Source: an uncultured Clostridia bacterium
Lineage (GTDB): Bacteria > Bacillota > Clostridia > Christensenellales > UBA1242
DNA length: 64,000 nucleotides
Assembly: GCA_947649575.1 (NCBI GenBank)
Contig: CANSRZ010000002.1
Coordinates: forward strand, 68,049 to 132,048
Direction: 5' to 3'
Each line of letters opens with the position of its first letter. The stretch's first letter is position 1. A model generated the notes under the pieces. The model was not told the DNA's origin, did no database searches, and saw only the letters and a program-made list of their open reading frames with translations. A program made the translations under genes and the position numbers. Below, piece after piece: positions 1-8,384 of this stretch.

Positions 1-778
1 TTGAGCTGATATATTCTTCCCCTCGAACAACCAAGGTTGTACCCATAAGAGTGTCGTCAATCGCATGCGCAAATGGATAAGGCGGAATGCCGTCATCTTT
101 AAGCAAAATTACATCTTTTGCATTCGCTTTTGCTTCAATTTCGCCTTTGATAAGGTCTTTAAACTTGATTCTTTCGTTGCCAGAATTTTTTGTTTTCAAT
201 CTTATTGCAAACTTATCGCCTTTTGCAAGATGTGCTTTAACCTCTTCCAAGGTCAAGTCTCTGCAAGGGTCATATTCTCTTTCATCGTTTTCAATAAATT
301 TTGTTTTGCGTTGCTCCAAAATTTCAGCTTTGCCCTCAGTTCTTTTGCAGAAGCATGGAAATGCTTTGCCCTCTGCAACAAGCTTTTTTGCAAACACTTG
401 ATAAATTTCTTTTCTTTGGCTTTGAACATATGGACCATAAGCGCCAACATCTTTGCCGTCTAGAGTTTGATATTCATCAAAAGTTATGCCAAATCTGCCA
501 AGCAGTTCATAGATAAGTTCCTTTGCGCCTTTGATTTCTCGCTTATCGTCAGTATCTTCAAGTCGCAAGAACAATGTTCCGCCGTTCATTCTGCACAAAT
601 TGTAACTGATAAACGCCTGAAAAAAGTTGCCAATATGCATAAAGCCTGTTGGGCTTGGAGCATAGCGCGAAACTATCTGCCCTTTTTGCAATTTTCTTGG
701 CGGATATTTATCCAAAATATCCTGAGCAGATAACTTCACATTCGGAAATAGCAAATCTGCTAATTCTTGATTATTCAT
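1..778 (-). CDS. gltX: Glutamate--tRNA ligase, N-terminal ~259 codons (3' end lies beyond the left edge)
   Basis: Not in the ORF track because it runs off the edge. Manual translation from ATG 778-776 gives MNNQELADLL...SRYAPSPTGFMHIGNFFQAF...LRLEDTDDKRE...VVRGEEYISS, with a class-I HIGH-type signature and GluRS-like LRxEDTD. The frame stays open to nt 2. Confidence 0.8.
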   Translation of the reverse strand, partial: MNNQELADLLFPNVKLSAQDILDKYPPRKLQKGQIVSRYAPSPTGFMHIGNFFQAFISYNLCRMNGGTLFLRLEDTDDKREIKGAKELIYELLGRFGITFDEYQTLDGKDVGAYGPYVQSQRKEIYQVFAKKLVAEGKAFPCFCKRTEGKAEILEQRKTKFIENDEREYDPCRDLTLEEVKAHLAKGDKFAIRLKTKNSGNERIKFKDLIKGEIEAKANAKDVILLKDDGIPPYPFAHAIDDTLMGTTLVVRGEEYISS

Positions 779-783
779 ATAGA

Positions 784-1890
784 TTAAACTCCTGTTTTGA
801 AAATATTAATTAAATAACTAACATAGTCATTGCTATAATTGTTATAAAATTTTGTGATTTCGTTGGAATAATTTGTAGCATATTGAACTTTTGCTGTATA
901 AGCATCCATATTGCAAGAATAATTTACATAATAATCATATAAACTGAATTCTTCCATAGCCTTAGACAGCATTTTTCTTTCGTTTTCAAGTGCATTAAAT
1001 GCATCAAAAATTTTAACAATTGTTGTGTTGTTATATTTCACAACTTTGATTTCTTCGCCAACTTGTTCAGTCACAGCCTCGCCAGTCAAATCAGCAAGCT
1101 CCTCCGCTTTGATTGCTTGCAATGCCATGCTTGAAGTAAATTTGCTTTTTACATTTCTGATGAAACTTACAAAGCTTTGAACTTCTTTTGAGCCACTTAT
1201 GCTGGTGAAATCTTCCATTTCAAGATTAACAATGAGACAATTGTAAAAATCATTTGCGTGATTAAGCATAAGATAATCTCTTAGCATAATTGCTTGTTCA
1301 TTTGTTACAACAGCGGTTGTTTCTTTTAAAGAACTATAATCATTAAAGACTACATCTTTAACTTTTGCAAGTTTTAACGCTACTTCATAAGAAATTTTTA
1401 AAAATGATTTTAAAGACTGAACATATCTTTGTTTTGCACCCTCTGCTACAACAGTTGCAGAACTTACTGTTTTCAAACTAACATATTTTTCAACGCTATC
1501 AATATAAGCATTGTTGAGTTCAGGAATTGAAGTTTCAAGGTCATTAATTACTGCTTTTTTCTCGTTTGAAATATCTTCAAGAGCGCTTATTCTTTCCAAA
1601 TCTTGATAATAATTTTTTATAAAGTTCATTGGAATAATCATGCTTTGATTATAATACCCATAAGTTCCATCATTGAGATACTCAGTCAAAACATAATCGC
1701 TTGCGACTCCATTAACAAGAGACGCTGTAAACATCCCATTTGTTTTGTTGTCTTGTTCAACTTTTTCAATAAATTGCGTCAATCCCTCATAGGCGTCAAC
1801 CTTTTCAGGCTTTTTCCCGCAGGCAAACATAGTCGCACTAAATACGCACAATAAGAGGCAAACTATAATTTTACTTAAATATTTTCTCAT
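784..1890 (-). CDS. Lipoprotein of unknown function
   Basis: 368 aa. Signal peptide with lipobox (..SATMFAC|GKK). ATGA overlap with the upstream ORF. No enzymatic motifs recognised. Confidence 0.7.
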   Translation of the reverse strand: MRKYLSKIIVCLLLCVFSATMFACGKKPEKVDAYEGLTQFIEKVEQDNKTNGMFTASLVNGVASDYVLTEYLNDGTYGYYNQSMIIPMNFIKNYYQDLERISALEDISNEKKAVINDLETSIPELNNAYIDSVEKYVSLKTVSSATVVAEGAKQRYVQSLKSFLKISYEVALKLAKVKDVVFNDYSSLKETTAVVTNEQAIMLRDYLMLNHANDFYNCLIVNLEMEDFTSISGSKEVQSFVSFIRNVKSKFTSSMALQAIKAEELADLTGEAVTEQVGEEIKVVKYNNTTIVKIFDAFNALENERKMLSKAMEEFSLYDYYVNYSCNMDAYTAKVQYATNYSNEITKFYNNYSNDYVSYLINIFKTGV

Positions 1891-2792
1891 AAGCTAAGTT
1901 CCCCCTTTAAGAATGATTTTGCAGCGTCTAAAACATTGTTGACATCTTGCACAGGTCTCTCAAATGTAAAACCATCTTGCGTTATGCTTTTGATAAGAGT
2001 TGTCAAATCCACATCTTCGCCATAAACTTTGCTGAAATCTTGCACAAGTTTAACCTTGTTTTGAACTGTTGTATTAAATGGATATTTAGAAAGAATATTG
2101 TTACTTTTATTTAAATAATTTGTAAAGCTTGATAAATAGTTTATAAGCATTGTTGATTTTTCAAAGTTTGCATTTATACATTCAAGATAAACATCAACAT
2201 TATCAAGCACAAGATAGGTCATTTCATTTGCAATCACTCCGCTTGGAATGCAATCTTTAAAAACGTTTTTAAGCCCATTAACTGCATTGACATAACAATC
2301 CATATATTTAACAAAATATCCTCTAAATTCACGCCAAGCGCCCTCAATAAAACTTGTGTCAATTGGCCCAAGATATTGATTTACCTCAACAATAACCTCC
2401 TCCATATCTTCTTGATATGAATTTGCTTTGTTAAAGTTTCTCATAATTTTGTTATAGTTGTTAGAAAATGTTTTATTGCTTTCTGCAAAAACAAGATAAT
2501 CGTTATAGAACCCTACAATTCTGTTAAGTGAAAGGCTTAGGTTATAAACATTTTCTGTTTCTTGACCATATTTATCTTCGGCCGTTCCCCTAACTTTTGC
2601 TTGAAAAGTTTGATAAAGCTCTTTGCTTTCGTCTTTAACAATAAACATCGAGTTTGCTTGCTTATCCGTTTGCTCTACTGCTTTGCTTGTATTCTTTGGC
2701 AAGAACACAACAATAAGTGTAACCGTCACAGCAATCAAAACAAGGATTGTTAAAATGATTATCCACTTAACGCCTTTTTTCTTTTCTGCCAT
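1887..2792 (-). CDS. N-terminally membrane-anchored protein of unknown function
   Basis: 301 aa with a single N-terminal TM helix (WIIILTILVLIAVTVTLIVVFL). Tightly packed between dnaB and the lipoprotein gene. Confidence 0.65.
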   Translation of the reverse strand: MAEKKKGVKWIIILTILVLIAVTVTLIVVFLPKNTSKAVEQTDKQANSMFIVKDESKELYQTFQAKVRGTAEDKYGQETENVYNLSLSLNRIVGFYNDYLVFAESNKTFSNNYNKIMRNFNKANSYQEDMEEVIVEVNQYLGPIDTSFIEGAWREFRGYFVKYMDCYVNAVNGLKNVFKDCIPSGVIANEMTYLVLDNVDVYLECINANFEKSTMLINYLSSFTNYLNKSNNILSKYPFNTTVQNKVKLVQDFSKVYGEDVDLTTLIKSITQDGFTFERPVQDVNNVLDAAKSFLKGELSL

Positions 2793-2801
2793 ATTACCTC
2801 C

Positions 2802-4232
2802 CTATTCCTCATCGCCAAACACGTCAACATCAACTTGACTGTCCAGCGCAGTTTCTTCGATATCGCTCGAATTTATTTCTTGAACTTTTTGTACTTTAAC
2901 CTTATCGCCAAAACTAACAAAAGTAACATATTCGCCAATAAACCTAAGCTTGATTGTTCCAGTTTCGCCGTTTCTATGTTTTGCAACAATAAGTTCCACT
3001 GTGCCAGGCTCGTCAGGCTGCTCTGCGTCGTTATATTTTGCAGGGTTATACAAGAATAAAATAATGTCGGCGTCTTGCTCAATAGAACCAGAATCTCTAA
3101 GGTCGCTGACAACTGGGTGGTGGTCAGTTCTTGTTTCAGAAGCACGGGAAAGCTGAGAAAGCACAACAAATGGAACGTTCAACTCTTTGGCTGCCTCTTT
3201 CAGGCTTTTTGATATAAAGCTAACTTCGTCAACCGTATTTTTATAGTCCTTGCCCGAGTGCATAAGCTGAAGATAGTCCACCATAACAATGTCAATATTC
3301 TCTTTGGCTTTCAGTCGTCTGCACTTTGAGACAAGTTCTGACGGAGTAATTCCCGGCGTGTCATCAATATAAATTCCGCTTTGTTCAAGCTTTTTAGAAG
3401 CTGTCCAAACGCGCTGCCACTCGTCTGCGTTCATTGTTCCTTTAAGCGCTTTATTCATTGGCACTTTTGCAAGCGAGCAAATAGCTCTTTGCATAAGTTG
3501 TTCTCTAGGCATTTCAAGCGAGAATACTGCGCATTTTTTGCCTTGTTCAATTGACGCATTTACAAGCATATTCATCGCAAAAGAGGTTTTACCTATACCT
3601 GGACGCGCCGCTAATATGATAAGGTCAGAATTTTGAAGCCCGTTTGTTATAGCATCAAAATCGCGATAGCCTGTCGGAATGCCTTTAAGCGAGGTCGGGT
3701 CTTTTGCAATAGTATCAAACTTGTTAAGCACTTTCTTGATTGCTCCACCTGGCTTGCCAACGTGTTCAAGCGTTGCGCGCTGCTGTTTTTCAGCAATTTC
3801 AAACACAACTTGTTCGGCAAATTCAAGGTCGCGCTCTTTATCTTCATTTTTAAAAGTATTTTCAATAATATCTTGTCCGCTTTTGATAAGCTTACGTCTA
3901 ACGCTGTTCGCTTTAACAATATCACAATAATATCCAAAGTTTGCCGCTGACGGAACTGCGTTTGTAAGGAAAGTTATATAGTCAATCCCGCCAACCTTTT
4001 CCAAGATTTTGTCATCTTCAAGTTGAGCCGCCAAAGTAACGAAGTCAACAGGGATAGACTTTTGATAAATCTTTAACATAGAGCCATAAATATCTTTATG
4101 CGCATCAGAATAGAAATCTTCTTGATCGATTGTAGGAAAAATATCCGCCTGAGCAACATTATCCAATAAAATACAGCCAAGCACTGCCTGCTCGGCTTCT
4201 AGATTGTGTGGAAGCATTTTATAATCTGCCAT
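2802..4232 (-). CDS. dnaB: Replicative DNA helicase (DnaB family; DnaC in Bacillus nomenclature)
   Basis: 476 aa. N-terminal LPHNLEAEQAVLGCILLDN, Walker A ARPGIGKTSF, VMVDYLQLM, LSQLSR motifs. Confidence 0.95.
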   Translation of the reverse strand: MADYKMLPHNLEAEQAVLGCILLDNVAQADIFPTIDQEDFYSDAHKDIYGSMLKIYQKSIPVDFVTLAAQLEDDKILEKVGGIDYITFLTNAVPSAANFGYYCDIVKANSVRRKLIKSGQDIIENTFKNEDKERDLEFAEQVVFEIAEKQQRATLEHVGKPGGAIKKVLNKFDTIAKDPTSLKGIPTGYRDFDAITNGLQNSDLIILAARPGIGKTSFAMNMLVNASIEQGKKCAVFSLEMPREQLMQRAICSLAKVPMNKALKGTMNADEWQRVWTASKKLEQSGIYIDDTPGITPSELVSKCRRLKAKENIDIVMVDYLQLMHSGKDYKNTVDEVSFISKSLKEAAKELNVPFVVLSQLSRASETRTDHHPVVSDLRDSGSIEQDADIILFLYNPAKYNDAEQPDEPGTVELIVAKHRNGETGTIKLRFIGEYVTFVSFGDKVKVQKVQEINSSDIEETALDSQVDVDVFGDEE

Positions 4233-4241
4233 AAATCCTCC

Positions 4242-4502
4242 TTAGCGAGAAAAGGGGTCTCGATGTTTTTCTTCGGCGTCACGCTTTTCTCTCTTTTTAT
4301 CAATTTTAGCACATATTGCAAGAAAAATCAAATAGAAAACTGAGGCTGTAACGATAATTATAAAGCCGTTCCAAACTGCGGACAAGCCAGCCAAAATCAA
4401 AAGATAACATTCAACCAGGCAAAACACAAAAATTCCAACCAAAAACCACATAGTCCGCTTCAATGTTTTTCTTAAAGTTTTGCTTTCCTTTGGAGCTATC
4501 AT
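4242..4502 (-). CDS. Small two-TM membrane protein, unknown function
   Basis: The ORF-track start (4553) lies inside a palindromic repeat. The ATG at 4502 has GGAGG about 6 nt upstream. Two hydrophobic helices. Confidence 0.55.
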   Translation of the reverse strand: MIAPKESKTLRKTLKRTMWFLVGIFVFCLVECYLLILAGLSAVWNGFIIIVTASVFYLIFLAICAKIDKKREKRDAEEKHRDPFSR

Positions 4503-4528
4503 CCCCGCCTCCTTTTGTTTTCTTCTAT

Positions 4529-4647
4529 CTTCTTTTTTGAAAAAAAGAAGCAAAAGAAAACTATTAAACGTTTTAATAAATTCGATTTAACTTTAATTTT
4601 CTTTATATTAAACTCGCGTATTTAATAAAGCGTTTAAGAATTTTTTT
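4529..4647 (+). repeat. Composite palindromic element copy a (P1 hairpin + CAAAAGAAAAC + long hairpin + T-run), plus-strand orientation
   Basis: P1 is CTTCTTTTTTGAAAAAAAGAAG at 4529-4550 and the linker CAAAAGAAAAC at 4551-4561. The stem TTAAACGTTTTAATAAAT (4564-4581) pairs with ATTTAATAAAGCGTTTAA (4620-4637), followed by T7. About 120 nt align with 8130-8250. Confidence 0.8.
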
Positions 4648-4685
4648 ATTATCTAAAATAAGAAACTTTCACTTAACATTTCGAA

Positions 4686-4782
4686 AAATTGGCAAATATC
4701 TTGAACGAAGATATGATATAAAAGCCAATTTAAGAAATGTTAATAGTTAAAAGTTTTTTGTTTCTTTTTTTCAAAAAAGAAA
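4686..4782 (-). repeat. Composite palindromic element copy b (minus orientation), directly after the typA stop; terminator-like
   Basis: P1-like palindrome TTTCTTTTT/AAAAAGAAA at 4761-4782, 17 nt after the typA stop. Nested hairpin AAATTGGC (4686-4693) / GCCAATTT (4724-4731) with inner ATATCTT/AAGATAT. Confidence 0.7.
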
Positions 4783-4798
4783 AGTAATACAGTAAAAA

Positions 4799-6631
4799 TT
4801 AAGCCTCGCCGCGTAAAATCTTGCCACGCTCGCGCATACGCATGTTGTGGTCAAGGATAATCTTTCTTATTCTCATGCTCTTTGGCGTAACTTCCAAAAT
4901 TTCATCGTCAGCCAAAAATTCAATAGCGTCTTCAAGGCTAAGCTTCTTAGGTGGAGTTAATCTAAGCGCCTCGTCAGAGCCAGACGCACGGCAGTTTGAA
5001 AGATGTTTTTTCTTGCAAACATTAACAACAATGTCATCACCCTTAGGGTTCTGCCCGACAACCATGCCTGCGTAAACAGGAACGCCTGCCCCAATAAACA
5101 AATCGCCACGCTCTTGTGCATTGAAAAGCCCATATACAATTGCCTCTCCGCTTTCATGAGCAATAAGTGATCCATATTCTCTGCGATTGATTTCGCCTTT
5201 CCATGGCTGATAATCTTCAAAAATAGAGTTGATAACGCCCTCGCCTCGTGTATCAGTCAAAAGTTCGCTTTTAAAGCCAAACAGCCCACGCTCTGGAATA
5301 AGGAATTCCATTTTCATACGGCTTCCATGAGGAGTCATGCCAATAAGTTCGCCTTTGCGCACGCCCATTTTCATCATGACTGTACCCGTGCAGTCCTCTG
5401 GCACGTCAAGGAAGAGTCTGTCAATAGGCTCGCACTTAACACCATTAATATTTTTAATCAAAACCTTAGGCATTGAAACTTGAAATTCATAACCATCACG
5501 TCTCATGTTTTCAATAAGGATAGAAAGGTGCATTTCGCCACGACCTGAAACTTGAAAGCGTTCTGCTGTGTCGCCGTCCTCAACTTTGAGTGATAAGTCT
5601 TTAACTGCTTCTTTATAAAGTCTTTCTCTAATATGACGAGATGTAACATATTTGCCCTCTTTGCCAGCAAATGGGCTGTCATTAACCATAAAGGTCATCT
5701 CAACAGATGGCTCAGCAATTTTAACAAATTCAAGAGGTTTGATTTCTGCACCGTCACAAATTGTGTCACCAATCTGAACATCAGTCAAGCCTGCCACACA
5801 AACGATTTCCCCAATAGGAACATTTTCAACAGGAACACGTTTAACGCCCTCAAACACAAACAAACTTACAATTTTTGAACGAACTTGCTTGCTCTGGTCA
5901 TGATAATTGCAAAGCACAACATTTTGTCCAACGCTAAGCTTTCCTTGTGTAAGTTTGCCAACAGCAAGTTTGCCAACATAATCATTATGCTCTGCGGAAG
6001 ATATAAGCATTTGCGCTGGCTTATCTGAGTCTCCCTCTGGTGCTGGAATATGAGAAATGATTGTTTCAAAAAGTGGCTTCATGTCTATGCCTTTCTCATC
6101 TTTGTTTGTAGATGCAATGCCTTGTCTTGCAGAAGCAAAAACGAATGGCGAATTAAGTTGTTCTTCGTCAGCATCAAGTTCAAGGAACAGTTCAAGCACT
6201 TCGTCAATAACTTCGTCAATTCTGGCGTCAGCTCTGTCAACCTTATTGACAACCACGATAACTTTAAGCTTAAGCGCCAGAGCTCTTTCAAGCACAAACC
6301 TTGTTTGAGGCATTGGTCCCTCATATGCGTCAACAACCAAAAGCACTCCGTCCACCATTTTAAGAACGCGCTCCACTTCGCCGCCAAAGTCAGCGTGTCC
6401 TGGCGTGTCTATAACGTTGATTTTTACGTCATTATAAAGGCAAGAGCAATTCTTTGACAAAATAGTAATCCCTCTTTCTCTTTCAAGTGCATTGCTATCC
6501 ATAACACGGTCTTCCACCACTTGATTATCGCGGAAAACACTACCCTGTTTTAAAAGCGCGTCAACAAGACTTGTTTTGCCGTGGTCAACGTGAGCAATGA
6601 TTGCAATGTTTCTAATCTTTTCGTTTTTCAT
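4799..6631 (-). CDS. typA: Translational GTPase TypA/BipA
   Basis: [43 protein letters not shown]. The ORF-track N-terminus (6679) is probably an over-extension, so the start is set at ATG 6631. Confidence 0.93.
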   Translation of the reverse strand: MKNEKIRNIAIIAHVDHGKTSLVDALLKQGSVFRDNQVVEDRVMDSNALERERGITILSKNCSCLYNDVKINVIDTPGHADFGGEVERVLKMVDGVLLVVDAYEGPMPQTRFVLERALALKLKVIVVVNKVDRADARIDEVIDEVLELFLELDADEEQLNSPFVFASARQGIASTNKDEKGIDMKPLFETIISHIPAPEGDSDKPAQMLISSAEHNDYVGKLAVGKLTQGKLSVGQNVVLCNYHDQSKQVRSKIVSLFVFEGVKRVPVENVPIGEIVCVAGLTDVQIGDTICDGAEIKPLEFVKIAEPSVEMTFMVNDSPFAGKEGKYVTSRHIRERLYKEAVKDLSLKVEDGDTAERFQVSGRGEMHLSILIENMRRDGYEFQVSMPKVLIKNINGVKCEPIDRLFLDVPEDCTGTVMMKMGVRKGELIGMTPHGSRMKMEFLIPERGLFGFKSELLTDTRGEGVINSIFEDYQPWKGEINRREYGSLIAHESGEAIVYGLFNAQERGDLFIGAGVPVYAGMVVGQNPKGDDIVVNVCKKKHLSNCRASGSDEALRLTPPKKLSLEDAIEFLADDEILEVTPKSMRIRKIILDHNMRMRERGKILRGEA

Positions 6632-6730
6632 AATAATAAAGTCCTTTTGAAAATAAAGTTTAATCGTTCCCTCTATCAATTAACTAATAAAGTATAACAC
6701 ACTTTAACGAATAATACAAGCCATGCAACA

Positions 6731-6756
6731 AAAAAAGTGCCGAGTGGCACTTTTTT
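6731..6756. terminator. Bidirectional intrinsic terminator downstream of rdgB
   Basis: AAAAAAGTGCC-gagt-GGCACTTTTTT. Confidence 0.75.
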
Positions 6757-6795
6757 ATTTTGTATCTATAACATTTTTTGTAATTTTATTTGTTT

Positions 6796-7395
6796 TTATA
6801 GTCTTTTCCCAAGGTCTTTCTTCAACATTTCTACTGCTCGCCCACGATGAGAAACTCTGTTTTTCTCTTCATTTGTTGCTTCTCCAAAAGTTTTGCCAAG
6901 TTCAGTTGAATAGAATAGGCAATCATAACCAAAACTTCTGTCGCCGATTTCATGTTCAGCAATATTGCCAAATGTTTTGCCCTCATAATGTTTATAACTT
7001 CCGTCCTCATTCATTTTGACTATGCAACATAACATATGCGCTGATCGATCATCTTTATCTTTGAGTGCGTTTAACAATTTGCCTCTATTTGCATCGTCAT
7101 CATGATAACCTGCAAACCTTGCAGAATAAATTCCCGGCGCTCCGCCAAGAGCATCAACACAAAGACCGCTGTCATCAGCAATAATTGTAGCGCATTCACC
7201 CTTTTCTTTCAAAAATTTATAAACTGCTTTTGCTTTGATAAGTGAGTTTTCTAAAAATGTTGTTCCGTCTTCTTCAATCTCTTCAAAAAAGCCAATGTCT
7301 TCAAGTGCTTTTACTTCATAGTCTGGAAACATTTCCTTGAATTCTTTGATTTTATGGTCATTGTTTGATGCTAACACCAAAATTTTATTTTGCAT
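6796..7395 (-). CDS. rdgB: Non-canonical purine NTP pyrophosphatase (RdgB/HAM1 family)
   Basis: 199 aa. LASNNDHKIKEF, DSGLCVDALGGAPGIYSARF, FGYD, SHRG motifs. Confidence 0.88.
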   Translation of the reverse strand: MQNKILVLASNNDHKIKEFKEMFPDYEVKALEDIGFFEEIEEDGTTFLENSLIKAKAVYKFLKEKGECATIIADDSGLCVDALGGAPGIYSARFAGYHDDDANRGKLLNALKDKDDRSAHMLCCIVKMNEDGSYKHYEGKTFGNIAEHEIGDRSFGYDCLFYSTELGKTFGEATNEEKNRVSHRGRAVEMLKKDLGKRL

Positions 7396-7406
7396 AATTT
7401 TCTCCT

Positions 7407-8120
7407 TTAATTTAATAATTTATTTAACTCTTTACATTTTCCTTCATCCATTTCTGGCACATCGTTAAGACGATATGGAATTTTGAGGTCACTGTATTTA
7501 TGCACGCCAATTGTTTTGTAAGGAAGCAGTTCTATTTTTTCAATATTTGCATAGTTTTTCAAGAAATCTTTAAGTGCAAGCACGCTTTCTTCAGTGTCGT
7601 TTATGCCTGGCACAATAACTTGTCTTATCCACATTTTTTTGTTTAGTTTTTGGCATAAATTCAAAAAATCAATTGTTTTTTGCATATTTTGTCCTGTCAA
7701 ATCTTTAAACAGTTGATTATTGCACGCTTTGATATCCAGAATAACAAGGTCGACCAACTCCAAGATTTCCTCTTCCTTGCCTGTTCCATGCCCTGCGGTG
7801 TCAAGGCAAGAGTGAATATCATTCTTCTTGCACAATTTCAGGCATTCAATCAAGAAATCAGGTTGAAGAAGTGGCTCACCGCCTGAGAAAGTCACACCTC
7901 CATCTTTGCCATAATAGTTTTTATATCTTAGAATTTTATCGATGAGTTCTTTTGGGGTGAGTTCAATTTTCTTTTCACCAATGTTCCACGTTTCAGGATT
8001 ATGGCAATATTTACATCTAAACTGACAGCCCTGCAAAAAGACCACGAACCTTATCCCTGGTCCGTCAACTAGCCCCATTGTATCAAAACTTGAAATATTC
8101 CCTTTTATCATTTTTAGCAT
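7407..8120 (-). CDS. pflA: Pyruvate formate-lyase activating enzyme (radical SAM)
   Basis: 237 aa. GPGIRFVVFLQGCQFRCKYCHNPETW (CxxxCxxC), GGVTFSGGEPLLQ. Confidence 0.92.
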   Translation of the reverse strand: MLKMIKGNISSFDTMGLVDGPGIRFVVFLQGCQFRCKYCHNPETWNIGEKKIELTPKELIDKILRYKNYYGKDGGVTFSGGEPLLQPDFLIECLKLCKKNDIHSCLDTAGHGTGKEEEILELVDLVILDIKACNNQLFKDLTGQNMQKTIDFLNLCQKLNKKMWIRQVIVPGINDTEESVLALKDFLKNYANIEKIELLPYKTIGVHKYSDLKIPYRLNDVPEMDEGKCKELNKLLN

Positions 8121-8129
8121 TTTTCATCT

Positions 8130-8250
8130 CTTCTTTTCTTTTAAAGAAAAGAAGCAAAAGAAAACCTTTAACGCTTTAATAAATCCGCTTCAATATTATA
8201 TTGCTTTATAACTAATTTGCGTATTTAATAAAGCGTTAAGTGATTTTTTG
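8130..8250 (+). repeat. Composite palindromic element copy c (plus orientation) in the pflA leader
   Basis: P1 is CTTCTTTTCTTTTAAAGAAAAGAAG at 8130-8154 and the linker CAAAAGAAAAC at 8155-8165. The stem TTTAACGCTTTAATAAAT (8167-8184) pairs with ATTTAATAAAGCGTTAA (8223-8239), followed by T6. Confidence 0.8.
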
Positions 8251-8298
8251 TTTTCTAAATATATTTTAGTTTTTTATAAGTTATTAAAAGTAAATTTC

Positions 8299-8378
8299 AT
8301 TTGCGATGCGAAGATAAGAAACTTATCGAGTATCGCAAATTATTTTTCTTTTGGATACTTTTCTTGAAAGAAAAGTAT
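8299..8378 (-). repeat. Composite palindromic element copy d (minus orientation), directly after the helicase stop
   Basis: P1 variant ATACTTTTCTTGAAAGAAAAGTAT at 8355-8378, 7 nt after the stop at 8385. Nested hairpin ATTTGCGAT (8299-8307) / ATCGCAAAT (8332-8340) with inner GATAAG/CTTATC. Confidence 0.75.
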
Positions 8379-8384
8379 CACAAG

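Noticed and set aside
65-733. Plus-strand ORFs 65-463, 87-401, 301-516 and 467-733 from the ORF track
   Set aside because: They lie antisense to a clearly recognisable gltX reading frame (HIGH-type motif, open to the window edge). They have odd Cys/Phe-rich composition and no RBS, so they are shadow ORFs. The same reasoning applies to the many 60-135-aa antisense ORFs inside dnaB, typA, the helicase, pflB, mnmG, dnaN, dnaA and others.
4503-4553. ORF-track N-terminal extensions (4553, 6679, 16224, 18616, 30941, 32007, 35405, 36726, 38392, 46004, 49668, 50303, 51772, 57858, 59504, 61943)
   Set aside because: In each case an internal ATG, GTG or TTG with a proper GGAGG-type RBS starts the conserved part of the protein. 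The extension runs through repeats, promoters or the preceding gene. Starts were moved accordingly but remain unverified.
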